From assembly GCA_963798485.1 (NCBI GenBank), contig CAWCTR010000005.1, forward strand, positions 70,718-134,717: 64,000 bases of DNA, read 5' to 3'. Positions 18,794-28,121 of this stretch are shown here, one piece after another. Source of the DNA: an uncultured delta proteobacterium. GTDB taxonomy: Bacteria; Desulfobacterota; Desulfomonilia; UBA1062. The stretch's first letter is position 1; every line of letters starts with the position of its first letter. The notes under the pieces are model-generated. The model saw only the letters and a list, made by a program, of their open reading frames with translations. It was not told the DNA's origin and did not search any database. A program made the translations under genes and the position numbers.

Positions 18794-18837
18794 ACCGAAC
18801 ACGGCTCCAGCGGACGCGCTGACACGCGCCGCTGACC
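18794..18837 (+). repeat. Decayed attC (right core lost)
   Basis: ACCGAAC..CTCCAGCGGACGCG..CGCGCCGCTGA. Confidence 0.7.
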
Positions 18838-18915
18838 CATGACGTGTCATAATCGCGTGCCCCGACGTCTTAGCGCAGCAATCTTCACCAGAGCACTATG
18901 TAAGGAGCATCACAG

Positions 18916-19353
18916 ATGTCCATCAGTAGCAATGCCAAAGAGATACTCACTCAATTTACCCGCGAGGTATGGAGTGAAGGCAATATCGAAGCCTCAGATA
19001 AATATATCGCACCAAGATACACAATTCATCACGACCCTGGCGATCCATGGGAAGGTCGGGAACTCGACCTCGCAGGCTACAAGGAGCGTGTCAAAACATT
19101 GCGTGCTGCGTTTCCCGATCAGTTCTTCGACATACAGGGACTTTTTGCCGACGGCGACGCTGTTGTGATGACTTGGCTCTGGTCAGCCACGCACAAGGGA
19201 GACATTCCTGGATTTCCCGCCACAGGCAAACAAATCAAGATGTCTGGAGCTACGGTTTACTATTTCGATGGTAGCCGACTCACTGGGCATTGGCAGATCA
19301 CTGATCGTCTTGGCGTGTATCAGCAGTTACAACGGGCGTCTACTGGTGCCTGA
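18916..19353 (+). CDS. SnoaL-like ester cyclase family protein
   Basis: LRAAFPD, ADGDAVV, THKGDIPGFPATGKQI, D.LGVYQQL. Confidence 0.9.
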   Translation: MSISSNAKEILTQFTREVWSEGNIEASDKYIAPRYTIHHDPGDPWEGRELDLAGYKERVKTLRAAFPDQFFDIQGLFADGDAVVMTWLWSATHKGDIPGFPATGKQIKMSGATVYYFDGSRLTGHWQITDRLGVYQQLQRASTGA

Positions 19354-19381
19354 CGAATGCAGCCCAATTCAAACGTTAGCC
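19348..19381 (+). repeat. Internally deleted attC remnant
   Basis: GCCTGAC..TCAAAC GTTAGCC. Confidence 0.5.
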
Positions 19382-19405
19382 ACCCAATAAATATCCTGTG
19401 ATAAT

Positions 19406-19918
19406 ATGAAGTTTAAAATGATCATAAGGAATGAAACAATTTCAGATATTGAAGCGATATCGAAAGTTACCATTGACGCCTTCCAGAATCTTGCAATCAG
19501 TAATCATACGGAGCAATTCATAATAAATGCATTACGGGATGCAAATGTACTGACCATTTCGCTAGTCGCAGAAGAAGATGGAAAAGTGGTAGGCCATATA
19601 GCGTTCTCGCCTATAGCCATCTCCGATGGCAGCCTTAATTGGTATGGCCTAGGCCCTATATCTGTCTTGCCAAAATATCAGAAACAGGGCATTGGAAAAT
19701 CACTTATTCTAAAAGGATTATCCTTACTGAAAGACATGGGTGGCCAAGGCTGTGCACTAGTAGGTGACCCAAACTACTATAAACGCTTCGGCTTTAAAAA
19801 TATTCCAGATTTAATTCATGAAGGTATTCCACAAGAAGTCTTTCTTGTCTTGCCGTTTGATAATAAAATACCTCAAGGCACTGTCGTGTTTCACAAAGGG
19901 TTTTTGGCAAATGGCTAA
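19406..19918 (+). CDS. GNAT N-acetyltransferase (YhbS-like)
   Basis: VVGHIAFSP, GLGPISVLPKYQKQGIG, LVGDPNYYKRFGF. Confidence 0.92.
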   Translation: MKFKMIIRNETISDIEAISKVTIDAFQNLAISNHTEQFIINALRDANVLTISLVAEEDGKVVGHIAFSPIAISDGSLNWYGLGPISVLPKYQKQGIGKSLILKGLSLLKDMGGQGCALVGDPNYYKRFGFKNIPDLIHEGIPQEVFLVLPFDNKIPQGTVVFHKGFLANG

Positions 19919-19964
19919 CCAGTGCATCCAACGGCCGCGGGCCGCTGATTTCGCATAGTAGGCC
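19913..19964 (+). repeat. Decayed attC
   Basis: GGCTAAC..ATCCAACGGCC..GGCCGCTGAT..GTAGGCC. Confidence 0.65.
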
Positions 19965-19984
19965 TAACCCTTGGAGGTTGATTC

Positions 19985-20755
19985 ATGAAGATACAACATA
20001 TCCGAAATGCGTGCATGGTCATTCATTCCAATGCGCATAGGATCTTAGTGGATCCCTGCCTGAACCCGAAAGGCAGTCTGCCGCCGTATACCCTATTCCG
20101 CAAGAGGCCCCGGCTTAACCCTCTTGTTGGTTTACCCCCAAACTCGGAATCCTTATTGAGCCAGATAACATCCGGACTCATTACCCATTGCCGTTACGGA
20201 CATTTCGATCATCTTGATAAATCAGGAGTTCGCCTGTTGGCCCAGAAACAGGTGCCTGTATATTGCAACCGCCTTGATGAACCGTTTCTGAGACGGCGCC
20301 GCATCAATACAATCCCCCTTACAATGAATCAGAGAACGGGATTTCTGACAGGGAGCATTACCCCCTTTCCTACTGCACATGGACACGGTTTAATCGGTAA
20401 GTTCATGGGGCCGGGAACAGGTTATTTTATTGAACCGGCGGGAGACAAAACCATTTACATCAGCGGCGATACGGTTATGACCCAGACTGTCCGCCATGTA
20501 CTGAACGACCTTCGACCTGATATTTCAATAGTAAATGCAGGAACGGCAACCCTGGATTTCGGCAGACCTATCCTTATGCCTATTCAGGAGCAGTTGGATT
20601 TCATAAGGACCGCACCCGGCAAGGTCATTGCCGTGCATCTGGATGCCTTCAATCATTGTTTAACAACCCGTGATATCCTGAGAGATGCCGTTTCGAGAGA
20701 AGGGTTATCCCACAAGGTGATGATTCCGGAAGACGGAGAATTAATGGAGTTTTAA
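19985..20755 (+). CDS. Metallo-beta-lactamase-fold hydrolase
   Basis: ILVDP, THCRYGHFDH, HGHG, YISGDT, AVHLDAFNH. Confidence 0.9.
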   Translation: MKIQHIRNACMVIHSNAHRILVDPCLNPKGSLPPYTLFRKRPRLNPLVGLPPNSESLLSQITSGLITHCRYGHFDHLDKSGVRLLAQKQVPVYCNRLDEPFLRRRRINTIPLTMNQRTGFLTGSITPFPTAHGHGLIGKFMGPGTGYFIEPAGDKTIYISGDTVMTQTVRHVLNDLRPDISIVNAGTATLDFGRPILMPIQEQLDFIRTAPGKVIAVHLDAFNHCLTTRDILRDAVSREGLSHKVMIPEDGELMEF

Positions 20756-20759
20756 ACTC

Positions 20760-20816
20760 GGCCGACAAAGGCGCTCCAGCGGACACGAAGCAGCCCATGG
20801 AAACGGGATGTCGGCG
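20760..20816 (+). repeat. Decayed attC with GAC/GTC cores
   Basis: GGCCGAC..CTCCAGCGGAC..GTCGGCG. Confidence 0.55.
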
Positions 20817-20847
20817 AATGATCCCTAGGGACTTAAGGGGGTAAATT

Positions 20848-22143
20848 ATGAGAATTCCGGTGCAGAAAGAAAGATTTAACGTCTTAGAGATAAACTTATT
20901 ATTTTTACTTTTTCTTTCCGTTTTCTTTATCGGGACCGCATTGGCAGCTCATAATCCGAAGGGAACGCTCGGCGTCTCCCTTGGTGAAATCACCCCGGAA
21001 ATTAAAAAGGCGGCGGGGCTTCATGGGGTGAACGGGGCCGTAATCCACCAGGTCTTGCCGGGCAGCGCAGCAGCGCGAGCCGGCCTTCAGCCGGGCGATC
21101 TCATCATCGGCGTCGATGGTTCAGGCGTAGATGGCCCTGCCGAAGTGGTGAAGCGCATCGGGAGACATTCCTCCGGCGAGAGCATCGCGTTCGTGATCCT
21201 GCGGCCTGATAGGAAAGGTCGCGTCCGGCAATTTCAGGTGAATCCGGTTCTCCAATCGGCAGCTAAAGAGTTCACACCTGGTCAGCAGGGAACGCAGCCG
21301 ACAAGGCTGTCTTCAAGCCCCGGGCCGAAACCTCTCGTGAAATCCCCTGCGAATCCTCCGGGCTCCAAACCCACTCAGAAACCTCCTTCAACCGGCTCTC
21401 CGCTCGGCACCTCATTTGCCGGGAGTATGCAGCCAGTCCGGACTCATATCTGTCAGGCCTGCCCTTGTTCGGCGTTAGCCCCGGCGAATTGGGTCATCTT
21501 CGGTGGACGGCGCGAAGGAGACTCCCTCGATATCAAGTCGGCAGATGGGAACATGTATGCGGGTTATCTGATCCTCGGAATCCCCGGATTCATGGCCACA
21601 GCCAGTCCGGGCATCTATGGCTCGCCCGAGACCTTTCTCCGCTACACCATCTCATCCGGTGGGAGCCTACAGGTGTCGTACGGCCGGCCCAGTCGTGACA
21701 ACTACGGGTACACCTGGCTCCCAATTGAGGCAAGGGGTCCCAACATCCCGCACAGTGGAATCAAGGGATTCGCCCACTATCGCGTCTGGCCCATGCCTGG
21801 AGATCCGCAGGGTTACATCTTGCTTTATCGCTCAGCCGTGACAACGAAACCGCTTTGGGAGCGTTATGGCGCGCAAGCAATCGCCGTTGCGCTTTCCATC
21901 CGATGCACGAAGCAGTTACAGCTATCCAAAGGCAGTAGCGGCAGCAGCCATACCCAAGATAAAAAGGCGGAGTCCACCTATAACCGGCAACTCGGCATGG
22001 AGTACGCACATGACGATGCCACGGGCGAAAACTATTGGGTGAGTCCGAGTACTGACTGGCACAATGATGGCCCCGAGGGGCCGGGTTATTACAAGAAGAA
22101 CGGAAACGATCTGAGGAAGCTTGCCCCGGGGAGGAGCGATTAG
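20848..22143 (+). CDS. Exported PDZ-domain protein with Pro/Ser linker and unknown C-terminal domain
   Basis: Signal ..GTALA; PDZ LGVSL..QVLPGSAAARAGLQPGDLIIGVDG. Confidence 0.8.
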   Translation: MRIPVQKERFNVLEINLLFLLFLSVFFIGTALAAHNPKGTLGVSLGEITPEIKKAAGLHGVNGAVIHQVLPGSAAARAGLQPGDLIIGVDGSGVDGPAEVVKRIGRHSSGESIAFVILRPDRKGRVRQFQVNPVLQSAAKEFTPGQQGTQPTRLSSSPGPKPLVKSPANPPGSKPTQKPPSTGSPLGTSFAGSMQPVRTHICQACPCSALAPANWVIFGGRREGDSLDIKSADGNMYAGYLILGIPGFMATASPGIYGSPETFLRYTISSGGSLQVSYGRPSRDNYGYTWLPIEARGPNIPHSGIKGFAHYRVWPMPGDPQGYILLYRSAVTTKPLWERYGAQAIAVALSIRCTKQLQLSKGSSGSSHTQDKKAESTYNRQLGMEYAHDDATGENYWVSPSTDWHNDGPEGPGYYKKNGNDLRKLAPGRSD

Positions 22144-22222
22144 GTAAGCCTTGGGGTTAGATCTTGTTAATGGCTTTGTTTGATAAGATTGGTAAAACGC
22201 AAGACACCCATTACGCCCGTTC

Positions 22223-23029
22223 GTGAATATGCCGCTACGCCTTTTCATTGTACTCCTAATCGCTTTACTCTGCGGCTGCGCAACGCTGCCGGGCGCACAG
22301 ATCAAGCAGATCAATGCTCGCCAGGTCGAGTTCGTCGTATCCATCCGCTCTTCGCCGGCGGTTGTATTCGAGAACGGGTTGGGCGGAAAAATGGAATGGT
22401 GGCGGAAGGTCTTGCCGGAAATCGCCAACGACGCTACATACTTTGCATACAACCGGCCTGGTTACGGCAAGAGCGCATTGACCGAGACGCCCCGCGATGG
22501 ATCGCATATCGTCGAAGAGCTTCGTGTACTGCTGCTCAGCCAAGGCATCAAGCCGCCATATGTGCTTGTAGGCCATTCCCTGGGCGGCCTCTACATGCAG
22601 CTCTTCGCGCGGCGATATCCTGAAGAGGTAGCCGCATTGATACTCGTGGATTCAACTCACCCGAAGCAGCTCGAAGGCGAAGGCGCCATAGAGAAGCAGC
22701 CCTTCTGGGTTCGAGGCTTGATCGGCATCCTCGTCACAGGCACCGCCAAGCTAGAACTCGGCTTACTTGCTCAAACCGGCGACGAGGTGATAAAGCTGCC
22801 TACACTGACAGGAAAGCCGGTTTTCGTCCTCAGCGCGTCTGAACCGATGAAAGAAACCTCAGCCCTGGCACGTTTCGCCAATGAGAAGCGGGTAGAGATT
22901 GCGCGCATGTATCCCGGCTCACGGCAAATCTGGGTCGATAGCGGGCACGGCATACCATTGGAACGGCCCGAGGCAGTAGTCAATGCAATCCGAGCCGCAC
23001 TTGCCGAGGTTCACCAAGAAAGACAGTGA
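22223..23029 (+). CDS. Alpha/beta hydrolase, probable lipoprotein
   Basis: LLCGC lipobox; RPGYGKS, GHSLGG, SGHGI. Confidence 0.9.
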   Translation: MNMPLRLFIVLLIALLCGCATLPGAQIKQINARQVEFVVSIRSSPAVVFENGLGGKMEWWRKVLPEIANDATYFAYNRPGYGKSALTETPRDGSHIVEELRVLLLSQGIKPPYVLVGHSLGGLYMQLFARRYPEEVAALILVDSTHPKQLEGEGAIEKQPFWVRGLIGILVTGTAKLELGLLAQTGDEVIKLPTLTGKPVFVLSASEPMKETSALARFANEKRVEIARMYPGSRQIWVDSGHGIPLERPEAVVNAIRAALAEVHQERQ

Positions 23030-23068
23030 GCCTTCTCTTCCGTCAGGCGTAAGCAATCAAACCATGAG

Positions 23069-23137
23069 CCCTAACCCTTCGCTCAAGAGGAAGCCCCCCG
23101 GCAAGCCGGCGGCTGCCGCTCATGTCGAATCTTAGGC
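23069..23137 (+). repeat. attC site, right core mutated (CTT)
   Basis: CCCTAAC CCTTCGCTCAAG..GCCGCTCATGTCGAAT CTTAGGC. Confidence 0.7.
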
Positions 23138-23159
23138 TTAAGGCAAATAAGGAGATCAT

Positions 23160-23570
23160 ATGCGGAGTCAAGAAAAAGTTCTTCGAGTAGCGTTCCTGGT
23201 CGGCGCCATCACCGATGCGCTGGCCATCCTGCCTATGCTCGTTCCACCTCTTGCAAAGATCCTTTGGGGTTTTGAAGACGTATCAGGGGCATACCAATTT
23301 GCCATGGGCTACGGTGCGTCGCTCATGCTCGGCTGGAGCGCACTGTTGATGTGGGCATATCAAAGGCCCCTGGAGCGCAAAGCCGTAGCTGCCCTCACGG
23401 TGCTTGTCATCTACGGTCTTGTCTTCACCGAGATCGTAGCTGTCCTTTCAGGGCATCTTGCAGCATGGCGCATGCTGCCGACCTGGTTTCTGCAAACAAT
23501 CCTTTTGAGCTTGTTTGCCTCAGGGTTTCACTATTCCAGGCTCAGACAGTGGCGCGAGCGGCCGGCCTAA
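23160..23570 (+). CDS. Four-TM membrane protein (cassette)
   Basis: RBS AAGGAG; four hydrophobic segments; stop lies in GCCTAAT attC-like core. Confidence 0.78.
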   Translation: MRSQEKVLRVAFLVGAITDALAILPMLVPPLAKILWGFEDVSGAYQFAMGYGASLMLGWSALLMWAYQRPLERKAVAALTVLVIYGLVFTEIVAVLSGHLAAWRMLPTWFLQTILLSLFASGFHYSRLRQWRERPA

Positions 23571-23615
23571 TAATGGCATTCAGGCAGACGCGGGCTGCCG
23601 CTCCTTCCGCATGGC

Positions 23616-23678
23616 GGCCTAACTCTTAGAAGTTGATTTATGAAGATACAGCATATCCGGAATGCATGGATGATTATT
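23616..23678 (+). pseudogene. 63-bp relic of a second copy of the MBL cassette 5' end
   Basis: GGCCTAACTCTTAGAAGTTGATTTATGAAGATACAGCATATCCGGAATGC aligns without gaps to 19961-20023. Confidence 0.75.
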
Positions 23679-23700
23679 GATTACAAAGCGGGGATTACCC

Positions 23701-24273
23701 ATGAAACGTTGTGAATGGGCCGATAGGGGCGAGTTGGAGCAGTCGTATCACGATAATGAATGGGGCGTAGCAATACACGACGACAGAAGCCTGTTCGAGT
23801 TTCTGGTTTTGGAAGGTGCGCAGGCAGGATTGAGCTGGTCAACCATTCTGAGAAAGCGGGAAGGCTATAGAAGATCCTTTGACAATTTTGACGTCCGTAA
23901 AATCTCCCGATACTCCGAGGATGATATCTCCCGATTGCTCGTTAATTCCGAAATCATAAGAAACAGGCTCAAAATCAACGCGGCCATCACGAACGCCAGG
24001 GCCTTCCTGCAGGTACAGGAACAATTCGGAAGCTTCGACCATTACATCTGGCAGTTCGTAGAGGGAAGACCTATTCAGAACTCGTGGGAAAAGATGACTG
24101 ATATTCCGTCGAGCACTCCCGAGTCCGGGGCCATGAGCAAAGATTTGCAGAAAAGAGGGTTCAAGTTCGTCGGGACGACAATCTGTTACGCATTCATGCA
24201 GGCCGTCGGCATGGTAAACGATCATGTCACAGGTTGCTTCAGATATGAGGAACTCAAGACACCTCATGGATAA
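23701..24273 (+). CDS. tag: DNA-3-methyladenine glycosylase I
   Basis: RCEW..YHDNEWG, LEGAQAGLSW, IIRNRLKI, GFKFVG, GMVNDH. Confidence 0.96.
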   Translation: MKRCEWADRGELEQSYHDNEWGVAIHDDRSLFEFLVLEGAQAGLSWSTILRKREGYRRSFDNFDVRKISRYSEDDISRLLVNSEIIRNRLKINAAITNARAFLQVQEQFGSFDHYIWQFVEGRPIQNSWEKMTDIPSSTPESGAMSKDLQKRGFKFVGTTICYAFMQAVGMVNDHVTGCFRYEELKTPHG

Positions 24274-24334
24274 TTACTTGCCAAACCCTGTATATTCTTT
24301 ATTATGGAACGGGAAATCAAGGAGGAGGATCACA

Positions 24335-26284
24335 ATGAACCATATAGCGCGAATAGGTGTATGTCTCTTGCTGGCCCTGGCGGTCTGCGCCTCGGGTGCG
24401 CCGCTTTGTCATGCCCTGACGCCCGGGCAGCCGGTATCGGTCTTTTCTCTCCAGGATGTCAGCGGCAAGAAATATGACCTCTCATCCATGAAAAACAGCC
24501 CCATGATTGTGGTCTACTTCTTCGATGCCGCCTCAAGGCCTTCCCAGGAAGGTCTAATCAACCTGGATCAGCTCGCTAAGAAGTATCGGGACGCAAAGCT
24601 TATCGTATGGGGGGTCAGCCGGTCACCCAAAGACAAGGTGGCCGATTTCGTGGCCAAGACAAAACCATCCTTCCCCATCCTGCTTGACACCTCTCATGTG
24701 AGCGATCTCTACAATGCCCGGCTCATCCTGCCTACGGTATGCATCATCGGCCCCGACCTGAAGCTCCTCGATATCTTTCAGGGAGGCGGTAAGACCATGA
24801 ACGTCATGCTCTTAAGGCTTGCGGAGAGAAAGCTTCAGCAGAAAGACACAATCCTTGCCAAGGCCATCACCGAAGATGTAGTCAAGAAAAACCCGGATGA
24901 CAGCCAGGCGAAAGCCTTGAACGGCTATGCACTGCTGAACGCCGGCAAGGTGAGCGAGGCGGAGAGGGTCTTCTCCCAGCTCGCCATGGGTAAAGGCCAG
25001 GCCGAGGTGCTGGGCAAAGAGGGGCTGGCCGCTGTCTATACCCGCCAGGGCAAGTCGGACAAGGCATATACCCTGGCCCAGGAGCTTGAGAAGAAGGCCC
25101 CCAACCGGGCATACGCCCACATGGTGAAGGCCGACGTCCTTTACAGCCGGAACAAAAAGAAAGAGGCACAGGCCGAATATGAGGCAGCGGCAAAGAAGGG
25201 CGAGGGCGAAACCCAGCAGAAGGCTGTTGCCTGCAACAAGCTCGGCCGCCTGTATGCCAGCGTGAAGGACTACAAGAAGTCCCGCGATCTCTATGACCAG
25301 GCTGTGGCCCTTGACCCCTACAATGTCGAGGCCATGGCAAACAAGGGCGTCTCCTATGAAAAGGAAGGCAAGTGGGACAAGGCTTTGACGTCATATCAGC
25401 AGAGCCAGTCTATAAACAGTCAGGATGACTTCTCGCGCATTCTGGCTGAGCGTGCCATGGAGATGCTCGAATACCAGAAGGATTCCGCACGGAGGGACCG
25501 TGTCGACAAACTGGTGAAAGACCTTGCCGAACGGTTCAGGGCACAGCAGAAACTACCAAAACCCGAAGATACATGGACATCGCCCCCCATGGTGCTTTCC
25601 TTCGTAGATTTTCAGGAGCAAGGCGGTCTGTCCGAGCGGGACGGCATGTCCACCGTGCTTACCTCCAAGCTCGCCGAGCAGCTCAAGGCATCGGGCAGGG
25701 TGAAGGTGGTGGACCGCATAATCCTGGACAAGCTGCTGGAAGAGCTGAACCTCGGCTCTTCCGAACTGGCAGACCCAGAGACATCGTTGAAGCTCGGAAG
25801 GGTGCTTGCAGCCAGGGTTATCGGCACAGGCACACTGTTCAACCTGCCGGGAGGCACGCTCCTGAACATGCGGCTTGTGGATACCGAGACCACTGCCGTG
25901 GACAAGGTGATCACCATGCAGATGGCCGCCGGCGCTCCCCAGCCCAGGGATCTCTATCAGCTCAACCGGCAGATCCTGTCCGCCATCATCCAGGAGCACC
26001 CCTTGCATGCCTATGTAGTGGAGGTCAAGAATGGAAAGACCATGATCAACCTTGGTGCAGACCAGGGTGTGGTTACGGGCACCAAGTTCGAGGTGGTTGA
26101 GGGTGCGAAGGAGATCGAGTATAAGGGCAAGAAGCTCAAGTCATCACCCACGGTGGTAGGGCTGCTGGAAGTGACCAAGACCGAGCCGGGACTGGCATAT
26201 TGCAGCATCATTGATCAGAAAAGACCCATTGCAAAAGACGACAAGATCGTTGAAAAGCAGGAAGGCTCGCCATCAAAGGAGTAA
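24335..26284 (+). CDS. Exported protein: Cys-less redoxin domain + TPR repeats + CsgG/HfaB-like domain + FlgT-C-like domain
   Basis: RBS GGAGGAGG; FFDAASRPS replaces CxxC; TPR helices; VVDR..LLEELNLGSSELAD..KLGRVLAA; INLGADQGV..GTKFEV. Confidence 0.8.
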   Translation: MNHIARIGVCLLLALAVCASGAPLCHALTPGQPVSVFSLQDVSGKKYDLSSMKNSPMIVVYFFDAASRPSQEGLINLDQLAKKYRDAKLIVWGVSRSPKDKVADFVAKTKPSFPILLDTSHVSDLYNARLILPTVCIIGPDLKLLDIFQGGGKTMNVMLLRLAERKLQQKDTILAKAITEDVVKKNPDDSQAKALNGYALLNAGKVSEAERVFSQLAMGKGQAEVLGKEGLAAVYTRQGKSDKAYTLAQELEKKAPNRAYAHMVKADVLYSRNKKKEAQAEYEAAAKKGEGETQQKAVACNKLGRLYASVKDYKKSRDLYDQAVALDPYNVEAMANKGVSYEKEGKWDKALTSYQQSQSINSQDDFSRILAERAMEMLEYQKDSARRDRVDKLVKDLAERFRAQQKLPKPEDTWTSPPMVLSFVDFQEQGGLSERDGMSTVLTSKLAEQLKASGRVKVVDRIILDKLLEELNLGSSELADPETSLKLGRVLAARVIGTGTLFNLPGGTLLNMRLVDTETTAVDKVITMQMAAGAPQPRDLYQLNRQILSAIIQEHPLHAYVVEVKNGKTMINLGADQGVVTGTKFEVVEGAKEIEYKGKKLKSSPTVVGLLEVTKTEPGLAYCSIIDQKRPIAKDDKIVEKQEGSPSKE

Positions 26285-26288
26285 GATA

Positions 26289-26807
26289 TTGCAAAGCCAG
26301 ATAGACCCTATCCGTAATTCCGGTATCTTTTTGTTTTGCATGATCATGTTCATGGGCCTGCTCCATGGGTGTTCCACCATACCCGAGCATGCAGGCGTCA
26401 GTTCCGTCGCTGTGTGGGACCTGGAGAACCTGAGCCCCGGTGCCTCCGCCACGCCCGACCTCGGCCAGGTCCTCTCCGGTGAGATCATCCAGGCCATAAA
26501 GCAATCGGGTGACATCCAGGTTGTTGAGCGTGAAAAGCTTGTGGCGATCCTGGAGGAGCTCAAGCTGGGTTCATCGGAACTTGCCGACGAATCGACCAGG
26601 CTGAAGGTCGGGAGGATGATCGGCGCCAAGGAGATGGTTTTCGGCGGTTACATGGTTGTGGGGGGCACCATGCGGGTCGACCTGAGGAGGGTGGATGTGG
26701 AGACAGGCAAGGTTGTCAAGACAGCCAAAAAGACAGCGGGAGCCGACGACCTTGCAGGGTGGATCAAGGCGGCGCAGGACACGGCGGCAGTACTCTACGG
26801 TAAATGA
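26289..26807 (+). CDS. Single-domain CsgG/HfaB-like lipoprotein (start uncertain)
   Basis: Lipobox LLHGC; VVEREKL..LEELKLGSSELADESTRLKVGRMIGA..VDVETG. Confidence 0.8.
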   Translation: MQSQIDPIRNSGIFLFCMIMFMGLLHGCSTIPEHAGVSSVAVWDLENLSPGASATPDLGQVLSGEIIQAIKQSGDIQVVEREKLVAILEELKLGSSELADESTRLKVGRMIGAKEMVFGGYMVVGGTMRVDLRRVDVETGKVVKTAKKTAGADDLAGWIKAAQDTAAVLYGK

Positions 26808-26829
26808 GTATTTATGAAATGGACAGAAG

Positions 26830-27975
26830 CTATAAGCCTATGCTCACCGTCCCACTCAAGGATGCGCCCTTGAACTTCAGGTCTTCATCCGGGTGGTAGA
26901 TGTTTTTTTCATCGTCCATATAAAATCCCTTGAGATCGAGTGAGCATTTGACATTCGAACGTAAGGATCTGGTATACCCGAACCCGAGTGTCGTCTTCTG
27001 GCGTTTGCCGATATAATAGGGCGAGTCGGAGGCGTAATCATTGTTCCCGATCCACAGTATTTGCAGCAAGGCATTGAGCGATGTCTTTTCATCAAGGGAA
27101 CGCGTGTAGGTGATATCCCCGATCACCTCATTGCCGTGGCTGTTGTGGTTCTCTGCAGCAATCCTTTCGGCCCCTTCTTCCAGGACTTTGCTCTTGTCCC
27201 TGAAAATGCCCTGGAGGGTGCAGTCCAGTGTCCAGGCGGACTGCTTATATTTGGTCCCAAAGCCGGCGAGCATTACGTCGCCTTCCTGATACAGTTCCTC
27301 TCCCTGCACCTTGTCTTTCGTGAAGGTCATATACTCCCCGAACACCCTACCGTAGAGATCGGGGGTGAGATCATGCCCCACCTCGGCATTGATATTGAAG
27401 ATGTCTCCCGGATCGTAGCTGGGCAGGTCGAAGCTGTAGTCGTATTTTCCGCGCACGGTGTATCCCAGGCCCATGCCTGCCACCCACTGTGCCCATTCCT
27501 TGGAGATGATGAGGGTGGGGTTGATGTTGAGGCCCTCGCCGAAGGTGGTGATGTCCATGAGCTCGGGCGGGACGATGAACACGAGCTGGCCCTCCCGGAG
27601 GTCGGTGTTGCCCGTGGGCAGGTTGAACCCGAGGCCGAAGAGCATGTCCACAGGGAGCTTGTTCACCATCTCGTAGGAGAGGTTGAGCTTGGTGTCAATG
27701 AACTTGCTGAGAGATGCCGGTCCGGCATCCGATGTGTCGATTTTGGTATAGGCATAGGCCCCGAGGACCTGAAAGGAAAAGTCCCGGTATTTGGAATCGG
27801 CCTGAAGGGGTATGTATGACTGCATGCCGTGGTCGCTCTTGTCGCTCGACCAATACTCGTAGGTGAGGCCGCTCGTGAATGTGGTGTCCACATCGGCAGC
27901 GCAGAGGTTCATCCCGGGGTATATGACCAAGCAGGAAATCAATATGACCAGTGCGAAGAGTCTTCTCATAAACAT
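26830..27975 (-). CDS. Outer-membrane beta-barrel protein
   Basis: Signal peptide; alternating aromatic beta-strand pattern, GLGFNLPTG, LNINPTL, terminal strand GASLSGTVSIGL. Confidence 0.7.
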   Translation of the reverse strand: MFMRRLFALVILISCLVIYPGMNLCAADVDTTFTSGLTYEYWSSDKSDHGMQSYIPLQADSKYRDFSFQVLGAYAYTKIDTSDAGPASLSKFIDTKLNLSYEMVNKLPVDMLFGLGFNLPTGNTDLREGQLVFIVPPELMDITTFGEGLNINPTLIISKEWAQWVAGMGLGYTVRGKYDYSFDLPSYDPGDIFNINAEVGHDLTPDLYGRVFGEYMTFTKDKVQGEELYQEGDVMLAGFGTKYKQSAWTLDCTLQGIFRDKSKVLEEGAERIAAENHNSHGNEVIGDITYTRSLDEKTSLNALLQILWIGNNDYASDSPYYIGKRQKTTLGFGYTRSLRSNVKCSLDLKGFYMDDEKNIYHPDEDLKFKGASLSGTVSIGL

Positions 27976-28121
27976 CAGCCCCTCAATAAATAAATGTAAG
28001 TCGGAGTTCTGTTCAAAGTGCATACTGAAACCGCACACGATTCTCCTGGTTCATCCCATCTGCAACACCCCAAAACCCCGCGCCTTGTAGCAGCGGCCTG
28101 CATGGGCATTGTTTCCTTTTC

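Larger units (their letters stand above)
14376..23678 (+). mobile_element. Integron cassette array lacking integrase in window (CALIN)
   Basis: About 12 attC-like sites or remnants separating co-oriented unrelated single genes; no tyrosine recombinase ORF in the window. Confidence 0.88.

Noticed and set aside
19985-20755. MBL cassette as an antibiotic beta-lactamase
   Set aside because: No signal peptide, and the metal motif differs from class B beta-lactamases
14650-23640. Recurring palindromes as a CRISPR array or plain terminators
   Set aside because: Repeats differ in length and sequence, are separated by whole genes, carry AAC/GTT cores, and no cas genes are present; attC fits better
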